Origin: Candidatus Lokiarchaeum ossiferum
GTDB taxonomy: Archaea; Asgardarchaeota; Lokiarchaeia; Sigyniarchaeales; Promethearchaeaceae
Length of the DNA: 32,000 nucleotides
NCBI GenBank assembly: GCA_025839675.1
Contig: CP104013.1
Span: 5,070,001 to 5,102,000, forward strand
Direction of reading: 5' to 3'
Positions 8,358 to 16,117 of the stretch are shown piece after piece; the stretch's first letter is position 1; the number at the start of each line of letters is the position of its first letter. A program made the translations under genes and the position numbers. The notes under the pieces were generated by a model, which saw only the letters and a program-made list of their open reading frames with translations, did no database searches and had not been told where the DNA came from.

Positions 8358-9461
8358 TCAAATATTTTTAAAAATCTCATCCAACTTGCTTAATTTTTCA
8401 ATATAATCTTTTGGAATATACCTATGATCTATTGGAATCGTAAGAACTCTTTCACTCAACTTTGTTTCTTCTTTACATACATCTTGAATACTAAACGGTA
8501 AAATCCAATGAATTGGAGTAAATATTTTTAATTTAATAAATTCCTTCTTGTATTTCTCTCGAATTGTGTTTGATGGGAATTTGAGGAGAAAAAAAGAAGG
8601 TAAGGTTAATGGTTTTTTAAAAAAAGTATATTCTTTTTTTGTTTTTTTTAAGAAAAATTGTGCATTTGCTTCTCTTCTATTCTTTGTAATCTTGTAACTG
8701 ATCTTTTTTAATATATCTAAAGAAATTTCTGGGATCTTCTCAAGGTTATACTTCTCTTTTTTTTTTTCCTTTTCTTCTTCGTATTCGTTATATAATTTTA
8801 AAAAATGTTTTTTTAGATTTACTCTTTCTTTTTCTGAATTCGATTGAAAGTAGTATTTCTTTAGAAACATCGCTTCAAGCATTGTTTCATAGTTTGTTGG
8901 ATTCCTCAATTTTTTTTTTTTTGGATTTTCCTGGAATGAGTAAACGACACCACCATCAGGTATTGGAAATATTTTTCTTAAACTCGCAAACAAATAGATA
9001 TTTTCATGAACGAGATTGAATCTTGTTGTGTTTAGTATTGAATGTGAGATATCAATTATTACAATACAACCGTTATTAAGTAATTGCTGTATTTCATCTT
9101 GAGAAATTTGTTCAATTCCGAAATAATCGATAATCAAAACAATCGAGTTCTTTATATTAAAATTTATTTTTGGGGATAAATCGTCTGATTGTTCATAATG
9201 TGCATAATCGAGATCCAATTCTGAAAAAGGTTGGATTATTGATTCACAAAGGTACTTGGGGATCAAAATTTGATTTTTTCTTGCTTCAACTTCATTTTGA
9301 ATTAAGATCCATTTCAATGCCTGGCGTCCATCTCTAATGAATTCGAAGTTCGGATAATTTTTATCTATTTTCTGAATCAAGTAATTGTAACAAGAATTTT
9401 CTTCTTTTATGTCAATCAATTCAGGCATTTCAAAAAATCCACCGATTTCATCATGAATCAT
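8358..9461 (-). CDS. Highly divergent DegT-like (fold-type I PLP) protein of unknown specificity
   Basis: By-eye alignment to the DegT layout: RDGRQALKWIL, ILIPKYLCESIIQP, VIIDISHS, FASLRKIFPIPDGG (Lys at the Schiff-base position) and a C-terminal VLTIPIDHRY. It carries a Lys/Glu-rich insert (EEKEKKKEKY). The ATG overlaps the neuB-like stop by 11 nt and is preceded by GGAGGA. Confidence 0.45.
   Translation of the reverse strand: MIHDEIGGFFEMPELIDIKEENSCYNYLIQKIDKNYPNFEFIRDGRQALKWILIQNEVEARKNQILIPKYLCESIIQPFSELDLDYAHYEQSDDLSPKINFNIKNSIVLIIDYFGIEQISQDEIQQLLNNGCIVIIDISHSILNTTRFNLVHENIYLFASLRKIFPIPDGGVVYSFQENPKKKKLRNPTNYETMLEAMFLKKYYFQSNSEKERVNLKKHFLKLYNEYEEEKEKKKEKYNLEKIPEISLDILKKISYKITKNRREANAQFFLKKTKKEYTFFKKPLTLPSFFLLKFPSNTIREKYKKEFIKLKIFTPIHWILPFSIQDVCKEETKLSERVLTIPIDHRYIPKDYIEKLSKLDEIFKNI
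8910..8922. repeat. T13 homopolymer inside the divergent DegT-like CDS (encodes PKKKKL on the minus strand)
   Basis: Counted directly from the sequence. A T11 lies in the same gene at 8757-8767. Confidence 0.95.
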
Positions 9462-10512
9462 GGAAATCCTCCGGTTTCAGCGCTTGGTCTTTTAAAATAT
9501 CCTTGTTGAATTTTCTACCAATAAATTCGTTCAATCTTGAGGGTACTATGAAACCATTTGCTCGTTTCATACTTACCATATTTTCCTCTAAAATACTTCC
9601 TTTTTCAATGAAATTTTTCGCAACTACGCTTTTTCTCACAATTTTAGCATTTTCAAGTTCTATATTTGTTGGTTTTTTCTCCCAACTGCCCATAATTTTT
9701 TCTATTTTTCGAATTTCTTCAACCAATTCTTTCAATTCAGTTGGTGATAGGGAACATTTATGATCTGGGCCTTTAGCGCTCTTATCATAAGTGAAATGTT
9801 TTTCAATCACGCTTGCTCCCATTGCAACTGCTGTAATTGAAGCTAATATCCCTATTGTGTGATCTGAATATCCAATATCTATTCCAAAATTCTTTCTTAA
9901 TGTTAACATAGAATTCATATTTACATCATCTAAATCAGTAGGATATTCCGAAGTACAATGCAATAAAATGATTTTGTTATTTCCCATACCAACAATTTCT
10001 TCATAAGCTCTTCTAATTTCTATTAAAGTGGCCATTCCAGTTGAAAGTATGATTGGTTTGTTCATGCTTGCTATTTTCTTTAGAAAAGGTATATTTGTAA
10101 CCTCACCCGATCCTATTTTAAATAATTGAACTCCTAAATTATTTAGAAACTCAGCACTTTTTTCTTCATCTGGGGTTGAGAGAAATATCAGACCTTTTTT
10201 TTCAGCATAATTTTTTAAAATTTCAAACTCATTATACGATAATTCTAATTTTTTTAACATTTCAAACTGTGATTCTTCTACACCTGTATTTTTAGTTTGA
10301 TATTTCGCTTGAATTACATTTTCTGTGAGTAATTCTTCAGTTTTCCAAGTTTGAAATTTCACCGCATCCACATTTGCATTCTTTGCAATATCAATCAATA
10401 ACTTTGCCTTATCTAATTCCCCATTATGATTTACACCTGCTTCTGCTATTATAAAACAAGGTTCTCCATCACCAATTCTCCGGTCTTGTATTTTAATTTT
10501 ATTTTTCACCAA
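9451..10512 (-). CDS. neuB: NeuB-family nonulosonic acid synthase (legionaminic/N-acetylneuraminic/pseudaminic acid synthase) with C-terminal SAF domain
   Basis: Motifs IGDGEPCFIIAEAGVNHNGELD, VDAVKFQT, GYSDHT and a C-terminal SAF-like VAKNFIEKGSILEENM. The start is TTG 10512 or GTG 10509. Confidence 0.9.
   Translation of the reverse strand: MVKNKIKIQDRRIGDGEPCFIIAEAGVNHNGELDKAKLLIDIAKNANVDAVKFQTWKTEELLTENVIQAKYQTKNTGVEESQFEMLKKLELSYNEFEILKNYAEKKGLIFLSTPDEEKSAEFLNNLGVQLFKIGSGEVTNIPFLKKIASMNKPIILSTGMATLIEIRRAYEEIVGMGNNKIILLHCTSEYPTDLDDVNMNSMLTLRKNFGIDIGYSDHTIGILASITAVAMGASVIEKHFTYDKSAKGPDHKCSLSPTELKELVEEIRKIEKIMGSWEKKPTNIELENAKIVRKSVVAKNFIEKGSILEENMVSMKRANGFIVPSRLNEFIGRKFNKDILKDQALKPEDFHDS
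9467..9472 (-). promoter_or_regulatory. Shine-Dalgarno GGAGGA inside the 3' end of the neuB-like gene, 5 nt upstream of the overlapping ATG 9461
   Basis: The minus strand reads ccGGAGGAtttccATG. Together with the 11-nt stop/start overlap this suggests translational coupling. Confidence 0.6.
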
Positions 10513-10526
10513 TTATCAAATCCAAT

Positions 10527-11690
10527 TTAATATGTGTTAATTTTTTGTAAGATATTTTTGCTAAAATCAAAGTTTGTTAATATTTCTAATACTTTTTCAC
10601 TTGTTTTTCCATTTCCATATGGATTTATACATTTATTCAGCTTTAGTTGGAAGTCCTTATCGTATAACGCTTTATTGGTGCCTTCTAATATTTGTTTTTC
10701 AGAATAATCAACATCAATAACATTAATTCCTCGTTCACGATTTTGTTGTCTTGTACCGATATTAACTACTGGAAGTTTGAAAGATGGAGCTTCTGTAATT
10801 CCGCTACTGGAATTACCAATTAACACACTTGCATATTTAAGCAAGTTCAGATAATCTTCATGTGATAAATTCTTATAAACTTGAATAAAATCAAGATTAG
10901 AGCACAATTTGATTTGTTTTATAATTTCTCTGCCTCCAGAATCAGAATTTGGATAAATAATTATTGTTTGTTCTCTGAGTTTCTTTATCACATTCAGAGT
11001 TTTTATAATTTGATTCCTTGCATCCTTGGATTCAATTGTATTTGCATGTTGAATGACAACTATTAGGGGTTTGTTAAGATTTATATTGAATTTTTGGGAA
11101 AATTCCTCCTTCGTCATATATTTCAAGTTCAATATTTTATCTAAAGAAGGTTCCCCTACAATGAATACCCTTTTTGGATTTTCTCCCATCTTAATGATTC
11201 TATTTGCGCTCTCTTTTGTCGCAGGAAAATGAATATGTGCAAATTTAGTTATTGCATGTCTCACAGATTCATCTATTCCTCCAGTACGATCTCCTCCCGA
11301 AAAATGAATGATTGGAATATTCATATATGCTGCGCTTATGCTCATTGCTAATGCTTCAGTACGATCCCCTAGAACAATGACTGCATCAGGAAAAGTTTCT
11401 TTCAACACAGTTGCCGCACCAATAATTCCTTTTCCTACACTTTTCGCCATTGAAATATTATCATCTGACCGAGTATCCATCTCAAATTGATGCTGTACTT
11501 CAAATCCATCTTTAATTATATTATTAATTGAATTTCCAAATTCTTGTGATAAATGCATACCAGTAACTATTAATTCCAATTCAAATTTTTCACTATTTTT
11601 GATTGCTTGCATAATTGGTTTTAAAATTCCATAATCTGCTCGAGTACCTGTTAAAAATGCAATTCTTTTCTTTTTCATTGATAAAACCAT
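10527..11690 (-). CDS. neuC: NeuC-family hydrolysing UDP-sugar 2-epimerase (NeuC/LegG-like)
   Basis: Motifs KRIAFLTGTRADYG, VLGDRTEALA and HFSGGDRTGGIDESVRHAITKFAHIHF. An alternative start is Met5 (11678). Confidence 0.9.
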   Translation of the reverse strand: MVLSMKKKRIAFLTGTRADYGILKPIMQAIKNSEKFELELIVTGMHLSQEFGNSINNIIKDGFEVQHQFEMDTRSDDNISMAKSVGKGIIGAATVLKETFPDAVIVLGDRTEALAMSISAAYMNIPIIHFSGGDRTGGIDESVRHAITKFAHIHFPATKESANRIIKMGENPKRVFIVGEPSLDKILNLKYMTKEEFSQKFNINLNKPLIVVIQHANTIESKDARNQIIKTLNVIKKLREQTIIIYPNSDSGGREIIKQIKLCSNLDFIQVYKNLSHEDYLNLLKYASVLIGNSSSGITEAPSFKLPVVNIGTRQQNRERGINVIDVDYSEKQILEGTNKALYDKDFQLKLNKCINPYGNGKTSEKVLEILTNFDFSKNILQKINTY

Positions 11691-11806
11691 TTTGTATTTA
11701 ATTATTCATGCGATTTTATTAATTTTTAGAAGCTCTTTTCTTAAGATCGCTAGATATAGGTTATGTATAATAATATAAATATATTATTTCAACATAGTGA
11801 TTATGT
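11691..11806. promoter_or_regulatory. Divergent promoter region (neuC-neuB operon to the left, GNAT gene to the right)
   Basis: ATAATAATATAAATATATTA (11767-11786) is centred about 30 nt upstream of ATG 11807. The GTGA at 11797-11800 could be a weak SD. Confidence 0.35.
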
Positions 11807-12316
11807 ATGGAAATTTTCATTGAAATTGCGAATGAAGAAGATTATGAAGGTTTTTATAATTTAAAGATCGATAAAAATAATGTTTTTTGGTCTGGTTTTA
11901 AAAAACCACCAAAAAAAAAAAAATTAAATGAATGGTTTTTAAAACAACTATCCAGACAAGATCGCATAATTTTTTTAGTCCGTTTAAACGATAATCCGAA
12001 AAAACCTGTTGGATATTTATATTTAGATTTTTTAGAAGATGATATCGATAGCATTTCAGTAAGTTATGGAGTTCATAGCGATTTTATGGGAAAAGGGATT
12101 GGAACAAAAATTATTGCTCATGCTTTCGAATATGTACGTGCCAACTATACAACTACGAAGCTATTAGTGGGATGGGTTTCTACTAAAAACATTGCTTCTA
12201 TGAAAGTTTTCAAAAAAAATAATTTTATTGAAACAAATGAAACTAAAAAAGTACTATTAGTTGATTTTAATGAAGAAATTACCATGATTAAATATATTAA
12301 AAACATCAACCATTAA
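11807..12316 (+). CDS. GNAT-family N-acetyltransferase (PseH/RimJ-like size and layout)
   Basis: GNAT motif A FMGKGIGTKIIAHAFEYV, and a C-terminal NIASMKVFKKNNF. Contains an A13 tract (11911-11923) encoding KKKK. Confidence 0.7.
   Translation: MEIFIEIANEEDYEGFYNLKIDKNNVFWSGFKKPPKKKKLNEWFLKQLSRQDRIIFLVRLNDNPKKPVGYLYLDFLEDDIDSISVSYGVHSDFMGKGIGTKIIAHAFEYVRANYTTTKLLVGWVSTKNIASMKVFKKNNFIETNETKKVLLVDFNEEITMIKYIKNINH
11911..11923. repeat. A13 homopolymer inside the GNAT CDS (encodes PKKKKL)
   Basis: Counted directly from the sequence. Confidence 0.95.
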
Positions 12317-13028
12317 TTTCTTCTTTTATTTTTGTACTTATTATGAATTCTGCAAGTAATAAATCCCATTCTTCATCAATATCTACACTTCTATGGGGTG
12401 GCATAATAGAAATCTTTGTATTTTCATTGAATTGTGGATTATCACTGAAAAGAATTTCATGTTTGAAAACATTAAATCCATCGTTCATTTCATAAACTTG
12501 AGGTGAATCTCTACGATCATTTATTTTCTTTTCAATTTTTTTCACATATTGGATTTTTCCATCCAAAAATTCAACCATGTTGAAATAGGGACTCTTACTT
12601 GCGACATTTACACTGAAGACATTAGATGCATCTTCGTCAATTAAGATTTTTATAGAATTTTCCATATCTTCTAAATTCTTTAATGGTGTAGCAACACCTA
12701 GATCTATAATAACATCAAATTTTTGGTCCAAATTCTCTTCAACCCATTTTGTTGCATGTTGAATTACATCAATTCGTGAAATTTTGCCTGAAGCTAAAAA
12801 ATCTGGTCGTTTAAAATGGATATCAAATCCGTGTTTTTTTACAACTTCCATAATCTCTTGGGAATCAGTAGAAATGATATATTCATCAATTAAAGAACTC
12901 TCTCTAACCAAATTCAATGAATGGATGATTAATGGTTTATCTCCTAAAATTCTAATATTTTTTCCCTTCACTCCTTGAGATCCTCCTCTAGCACAAATTG
13001 TTGCTAAAATCTTCTTATTCTTATACAT
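12306..13028 (-). CDS. neuA: Acylneuraminate cytidylyltransferase family (CMP-nonulosonate synthetase; NeuA/LegF/PseF-like)
   Basis: Motif ILATICARGGSQGVKGKNIRILGDKPLI (CTP_transf_3 P-loop-like) and ISTDS. Its 3' end overlaps the convergent GNAT gene by 11 nt. Confidence 0.85.
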   Translation of the reverse strand: MYKNKKILATICARGGSQGVKGKNIRILGDKPLIIHSLNLVRESSLIDEYIISTDSQEIMEVVKKHGFDIHFKRPDFLASGKISRIDVIQHATKWVEENLDQKFDVIIDLGVATPLKNLEDMENSIKILIDEDASNVFSVNVASKSPYFNMVEFLDGKIQYVKKIEKKINDRRDSPQVYEMNDGFNVFKHEILFSDNPQFNENTKISIMPPHRSVDIDEEWDLLLAEFIISTKIKEEING

Positions 13029-13263
13029 TCAATTCAACTTCCAAGTAATGATTTATAATTATTTATATCAGCATTTAATGTTATGCATTAAAGTATTGTA
13101 GAAATATGATTACTGGTAATAAGATGTTGATTTTCCTTTTAATGGGCGAAAAAAGTTGACTTTTTTATGAAAAGTTAAAATCAAACGAGAAAACTCTAAA
13201 TTTAAATTACGGCGTTCGCATTTTCAACCTTGAAGATATTTTAGATGTTTCATTCGTTCCTTC

Positions 13264-14166
13264 CTACAGTAATTCAAAAATTTGAGTACCTTCTTCTAAA
13301 CTTGTAATATTTTTTTGCTCTTTTATTTCAATAAACTCCTTAATTTCTTCAATATAACATTCATTGAAATTAAATAAATCTGGTTTTTCAATTAATTTGT
13401 CTTCAATCCGGAGAATTTTGTTCACAAAATCAACTTCTATCAATTTCTGATTTTCACCTATAATTTCCATTCCTCTTTCGGATTTTCGATAATAATCTAG
13501 TTCAACATCGACAATAAACTTGTCATAATGATATATACCTTTAAAAAAATCGCAAGTATCGATATTTAAACTACTGAGTTTTTCTCTCCAAGTGAATAAT
13601 TTCTTTTTTGGATTACCAAATATCCACAACATATAATTTAATTCATGAGAAAGATCTAAATCAACCCCACCTCCTAAAACTTTCTTAGCGCTGTAGGATT
13701 CTTCATAATTTCGATCTGGGCGCCATTCTGGGAGGTATTGCCCTGCAAAAATTTTTACAGATCGAATTTTGTGCTTAAAATATTTAATATACTTCTGAAT
13801 TTCTGTAAACACACCTAAAAATCTCATATCATATCCAATGGTAATGTTTAGGCCGAATTTTTCTTTAATTTCTAAGATTTTTTTTGAATTTTCTCTAGAA
13901 CCGTCTACGGGCTTTTCTATTAAGAAATTTTTGCAATCAGTCTTTTCTAAAACATGTTTTAAAGAAATCAAGTGATGGGATGTCGGAGTTGCGATAATAG
14001 AATGTGATATGTGGCCATTATTATTTAAGTTATCAACAAAATGGATATCCTTTGATTTATCTGGATATTTTGTTAGTATTATTGGTTTGATTCCAAGAGA
14101 AATCAAATTTTTTGCGTGTCTTTTTCCAATCGAACCATATCCTAAAATTAGAATTTTATACTCCAT
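13264..14166 (-). CDS. Gfo/Idh/MocA-family NAD(P)-dependent oxidoreductase (PtmF-like position)
   Basis: N-terminal Rossmann KILILGYGSIGKRH and an EKP motif (FLIEKPV). Located next to the CMP-transferase gene. Confidence 0.7.
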   Translation of the reverse strand: MEYKILILGYGSIGKRHAKNLISLGIKPIILTKYPDKSKDIHFVDNLNNNGHISHSIIATPTSHHLISLKHVLEKTDCKNFLIEKPVDGSRENSKKILEIKEKFGLNITIGYDMRFLGVFTEIQKYIKYFKHKIRSVKIFAGQYLPEWRPDRNYEESYSAKKVLGGGVDLDLSHELNYMLWIFGNPKKKLFTWREKLSSLNIDTCDFFKGIYHYDKFIVDVELDYYRKSERGMEIIGENQKLIEVDFVNKILRIEDKLIEKPDLFNFNECYIEEIKEFIEIKEQKNITSLEEGTQIFELL

Positions 14167-14224
14167 GCTTAGATAGAATTTTTCAAAATTTTAAAAGTAT
14201 GACAATCTATTTAAAGTGATAATA
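14167..14224. promoter_or_regulatory. Very compact (58 bp) divergent promoter region between the Gfo/Idh/MocA and SDR genes
   Basis: A single block, TTTTTCAAAATTTTAAAAG, lies 15-35 nt from both start codons. This would imply short or absent 5' leaders in both directions. Confidence 0.3.
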
Positions 14225-15019
14225 ATGGAAAATAATTTTCTTGAAAACAAAGTAGTAGTGATTGCAGGAGCATTAGGAAGAATAGGGAAAGCATTTGTTG
14301 AATTGGTCATTGAAAGTAGTGGTGTTCCAATACTTGCTGATATTGATATTGATAACAGTAAATCTTACTTAAAAAGTCTTGAAGACAGATTTAATAAGCA
14401 ATTTGATTTTATATCTTTAGATATAACCTCTAAAAAGTCATTAAATTCAATGATCCAAAAAATAAATTCGAATTATGGGCGAATTGATGCATTTGTGAAC
14501 ACAACATATCCTCAAGTTAGTGGTTCAACCGTAGTATTTGAAGATGTTTCATATGAAAATTTTTGTAAGAATTTAAATCTGCATCTGGGAGGATATTTTT
14601 TAGCTTCACAACAGTTTGCTATTTTTTTTAAGAAGCAATCTTATGGTAACATTATAAATATCTCTTCTATCCAGGGTGTTGTGGCACCAAAATTTGATAC
14701 TTATGATGGAATATTAATAAATGGGAATGTTATGGGTTGTGAACCTGAATATCCTGCAATTAAAGCAGGGATTATTATGTTGACTAAATACATGGCAAAA
14801 TACTTCAAGAATTCAAATATTAGATTCAATTCAATAAGTCCAGGAGGGATACTTGAGTCTCAACCAGAAAAATTTCTAAAAAAATATAATTCTTATTGCT
14901 CATCAAAAGGAATGCTTGATTCAGAAGATTTGAAAGGTGCTCTTTTATTTTTATTATCAGATATGTCCAAATATGTAAATGGACAAAACATTGTAGTTGA
15001 TGATGGTTGGACCCTTTGA
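14225..15019 (+). CDS. Short-chain dehydrogenase/reductase (classical SDR; PtmA-like position)
   Basis: Motifs VVVIAGALGRIG, NISS and YPAIKAG (YxxxK), with a C-terminal NGQNIVVDDGWTL. The track starts at GTG 14216; the first ATG is at 14225. Confidence 0.8.
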   Translation: MENNFLENKVVVIAGALGRIGKAFVELVIESSGVPILADIDIDNSKSYLKSLEDRFNKQFDFISLDITSKKSLNSMIQKINSNYGRIDAFVNTTYPQVSGSTVVFEDVSYENFCKNLNLHLGGYFLASQQFAIFFKKQSYGNIINISSIQGVVAPKFDTYDGILINGNVMGCEPEYPAIKAGIIMLTKYMAKYFKNSNIRFNSISPGGILESQPEKFLKKYNSYCSSKGMLDSEDLKGALLFLLSDMSKYVNGQNIVVDDGWTL

Positions 15020-15030
15020 TAGATATGTTA

Positions 15031-15039
15031 TTTTTTTTT
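15031..15039 (+). terminator. Oligo-T (T9) tract 11 nt after the SDR stop codon
   Basis: Read directly: TGAtagatatgttaTTTTTTTTTa. Confidence 0.5.
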
Positions 15040-15153
15040 AATATTTCTTAATTTTAATTATACAATTTAACCAAGATTTACCAAATTTGATGGAATATCA
15101 ATTTACTGAACAAAAAATGAAAAAAAGTAAAAAATTTTTCTCTCTTTTTTTAT

Positions 15154-16104
15154 TTATCCTCTAATTTTTTTTAAAATAGCGATATCTTCAGATTGTTCCT
15201 GGATCGTTTTCAATTTTATCCAATCTTTATTCAAGAAGGCACTTGTTTGTAAAAACAGTCCTGGTTTAAATTTCCTATCTAACTCATCATCAATTTCAAC
15301 CTTTTCAACTTTCACACTTCCTATTTTCTGAATTTTCAATTCTTCTAATGGTTTGAAAATCAATCGATTCTCTCTTGTTAATAATTCAATCCACCATCTA
15401 CCTGGACTTTCCCAATTTGCATGATAAGAGAATAAAGCTCCTCTTGAAGATACGCCTGCTCCCGTAAAAATTGATCCTTTTTTGAACCATGAGAGATTTC
15501 CTGTTTTAAAGCATTTTATGTCCTCCGGATTTCCTCCTAAGAAGAAAGCCATGTCAATGACATGTGTAGAATTGTGTAATAGCCAATTTTCCTTAATGCC
15601 GGTTGCTTTTTTTATGTCTTTAATTACGTGACTCCATTCAGTGAATTCAAATAGAAAAGATTTCACACCGCCATCTTTCTTGATAATTTCTTCCGCTTTA
15701 ATTGTAGATGCAAAGAAACGTCGATTGTAAGCTAAAAGTACATTTGAATTATTTTTAATGGCTAATTCATTTAAGCTCAATATATCTTCATCATCTACAC
15801 CACCAGGTTTCTCAAGAAGTATATTTTTAATTTTCTTATTAATTAAAATTCTAGTTACTTTTCCCAATTCAGAACCCGTTACTGCCACAATTGCATTTTC
15901 TGGAATTGAAATGCAATTGTCGATCCATTTTTTTATTCCCCCTGCTATTGCAACTATTCCGGTCTCTTTTTTGAATTTAGTAACTCCTTCTTCACTCCTC
16001 CCAACAACGACAAAAGGAACCTCCAAATTATTCAACACTTTGGAATATTCGATTGCCATATATCCTGATCCTATGAGTAATATTGTATTATTTTTTTTTT
16101 GCAT
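15154..16104 (-). CDS. Gfo/Idh/MocA-like oxidoreductase
   Basis: Motifs ILLIGSGYMAIEY (Rossmann), LLEKPGG (EKP motif) and AYNRRF. A T10 tract (16091-16100) lies immediately after the start codon. Confidence 0.6.
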   Translation of the reverse strand: MQKKNNTILLIGSGYMAIEYSKVLNNLEVPFVVVGRSEEGVTKFKKETGIVAIAGGIKKWIDNCISIPENAIVAVTGSELGKVTRILINKKIKNILLEKPGGVDDEDILSLNELAIKNNSNVLLAYNRRFFASTIKAEEIIKKDGGVKSFLFEFTEWSHVIKDIKKATGIKENWLLHNSTHVIDMAFFLGGNPEDIKCFKTGNLSWFKKGSIFTGAGVSSRGALFSYHANWESPGRWWIELLTRENRLIFKPLEELKIQKIGSVKVEKVEIDDELDRKFKPGLFLQTSAFLNKDWIKLKTIQEQSEDIAILKKIRG

Positions 16105-16117
16105 TTTTTATCACTGT

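Noticed and set aside
4949-13028. Alternative reading of the NulO genes as a pseudaminic acid (Pse) or Neu5Ac pathway
   Set aside because: Pse routes use a PseG-type GT-B hydrolase rather than a NeuC homologue, and none is present. Neu5Ac routes do not need the 4,6-dehydratase/aminotransferase pair. However, the PseB-like dehydratase family and the PseH-like GNAT mean Pse-like stereochemistry cannot be fully excluded without phylogeny.
13070-13095. AT-only hairpin TTTAATG-ttatg-CATTAAA in the 235-bp spacer upstream of the neuA-like gene
   Set aside because: The stem is 7 bp and all A/T in DNA of about 25% GC, so it is not distinguishable from chance. No associated T tract or conserved motif is present.
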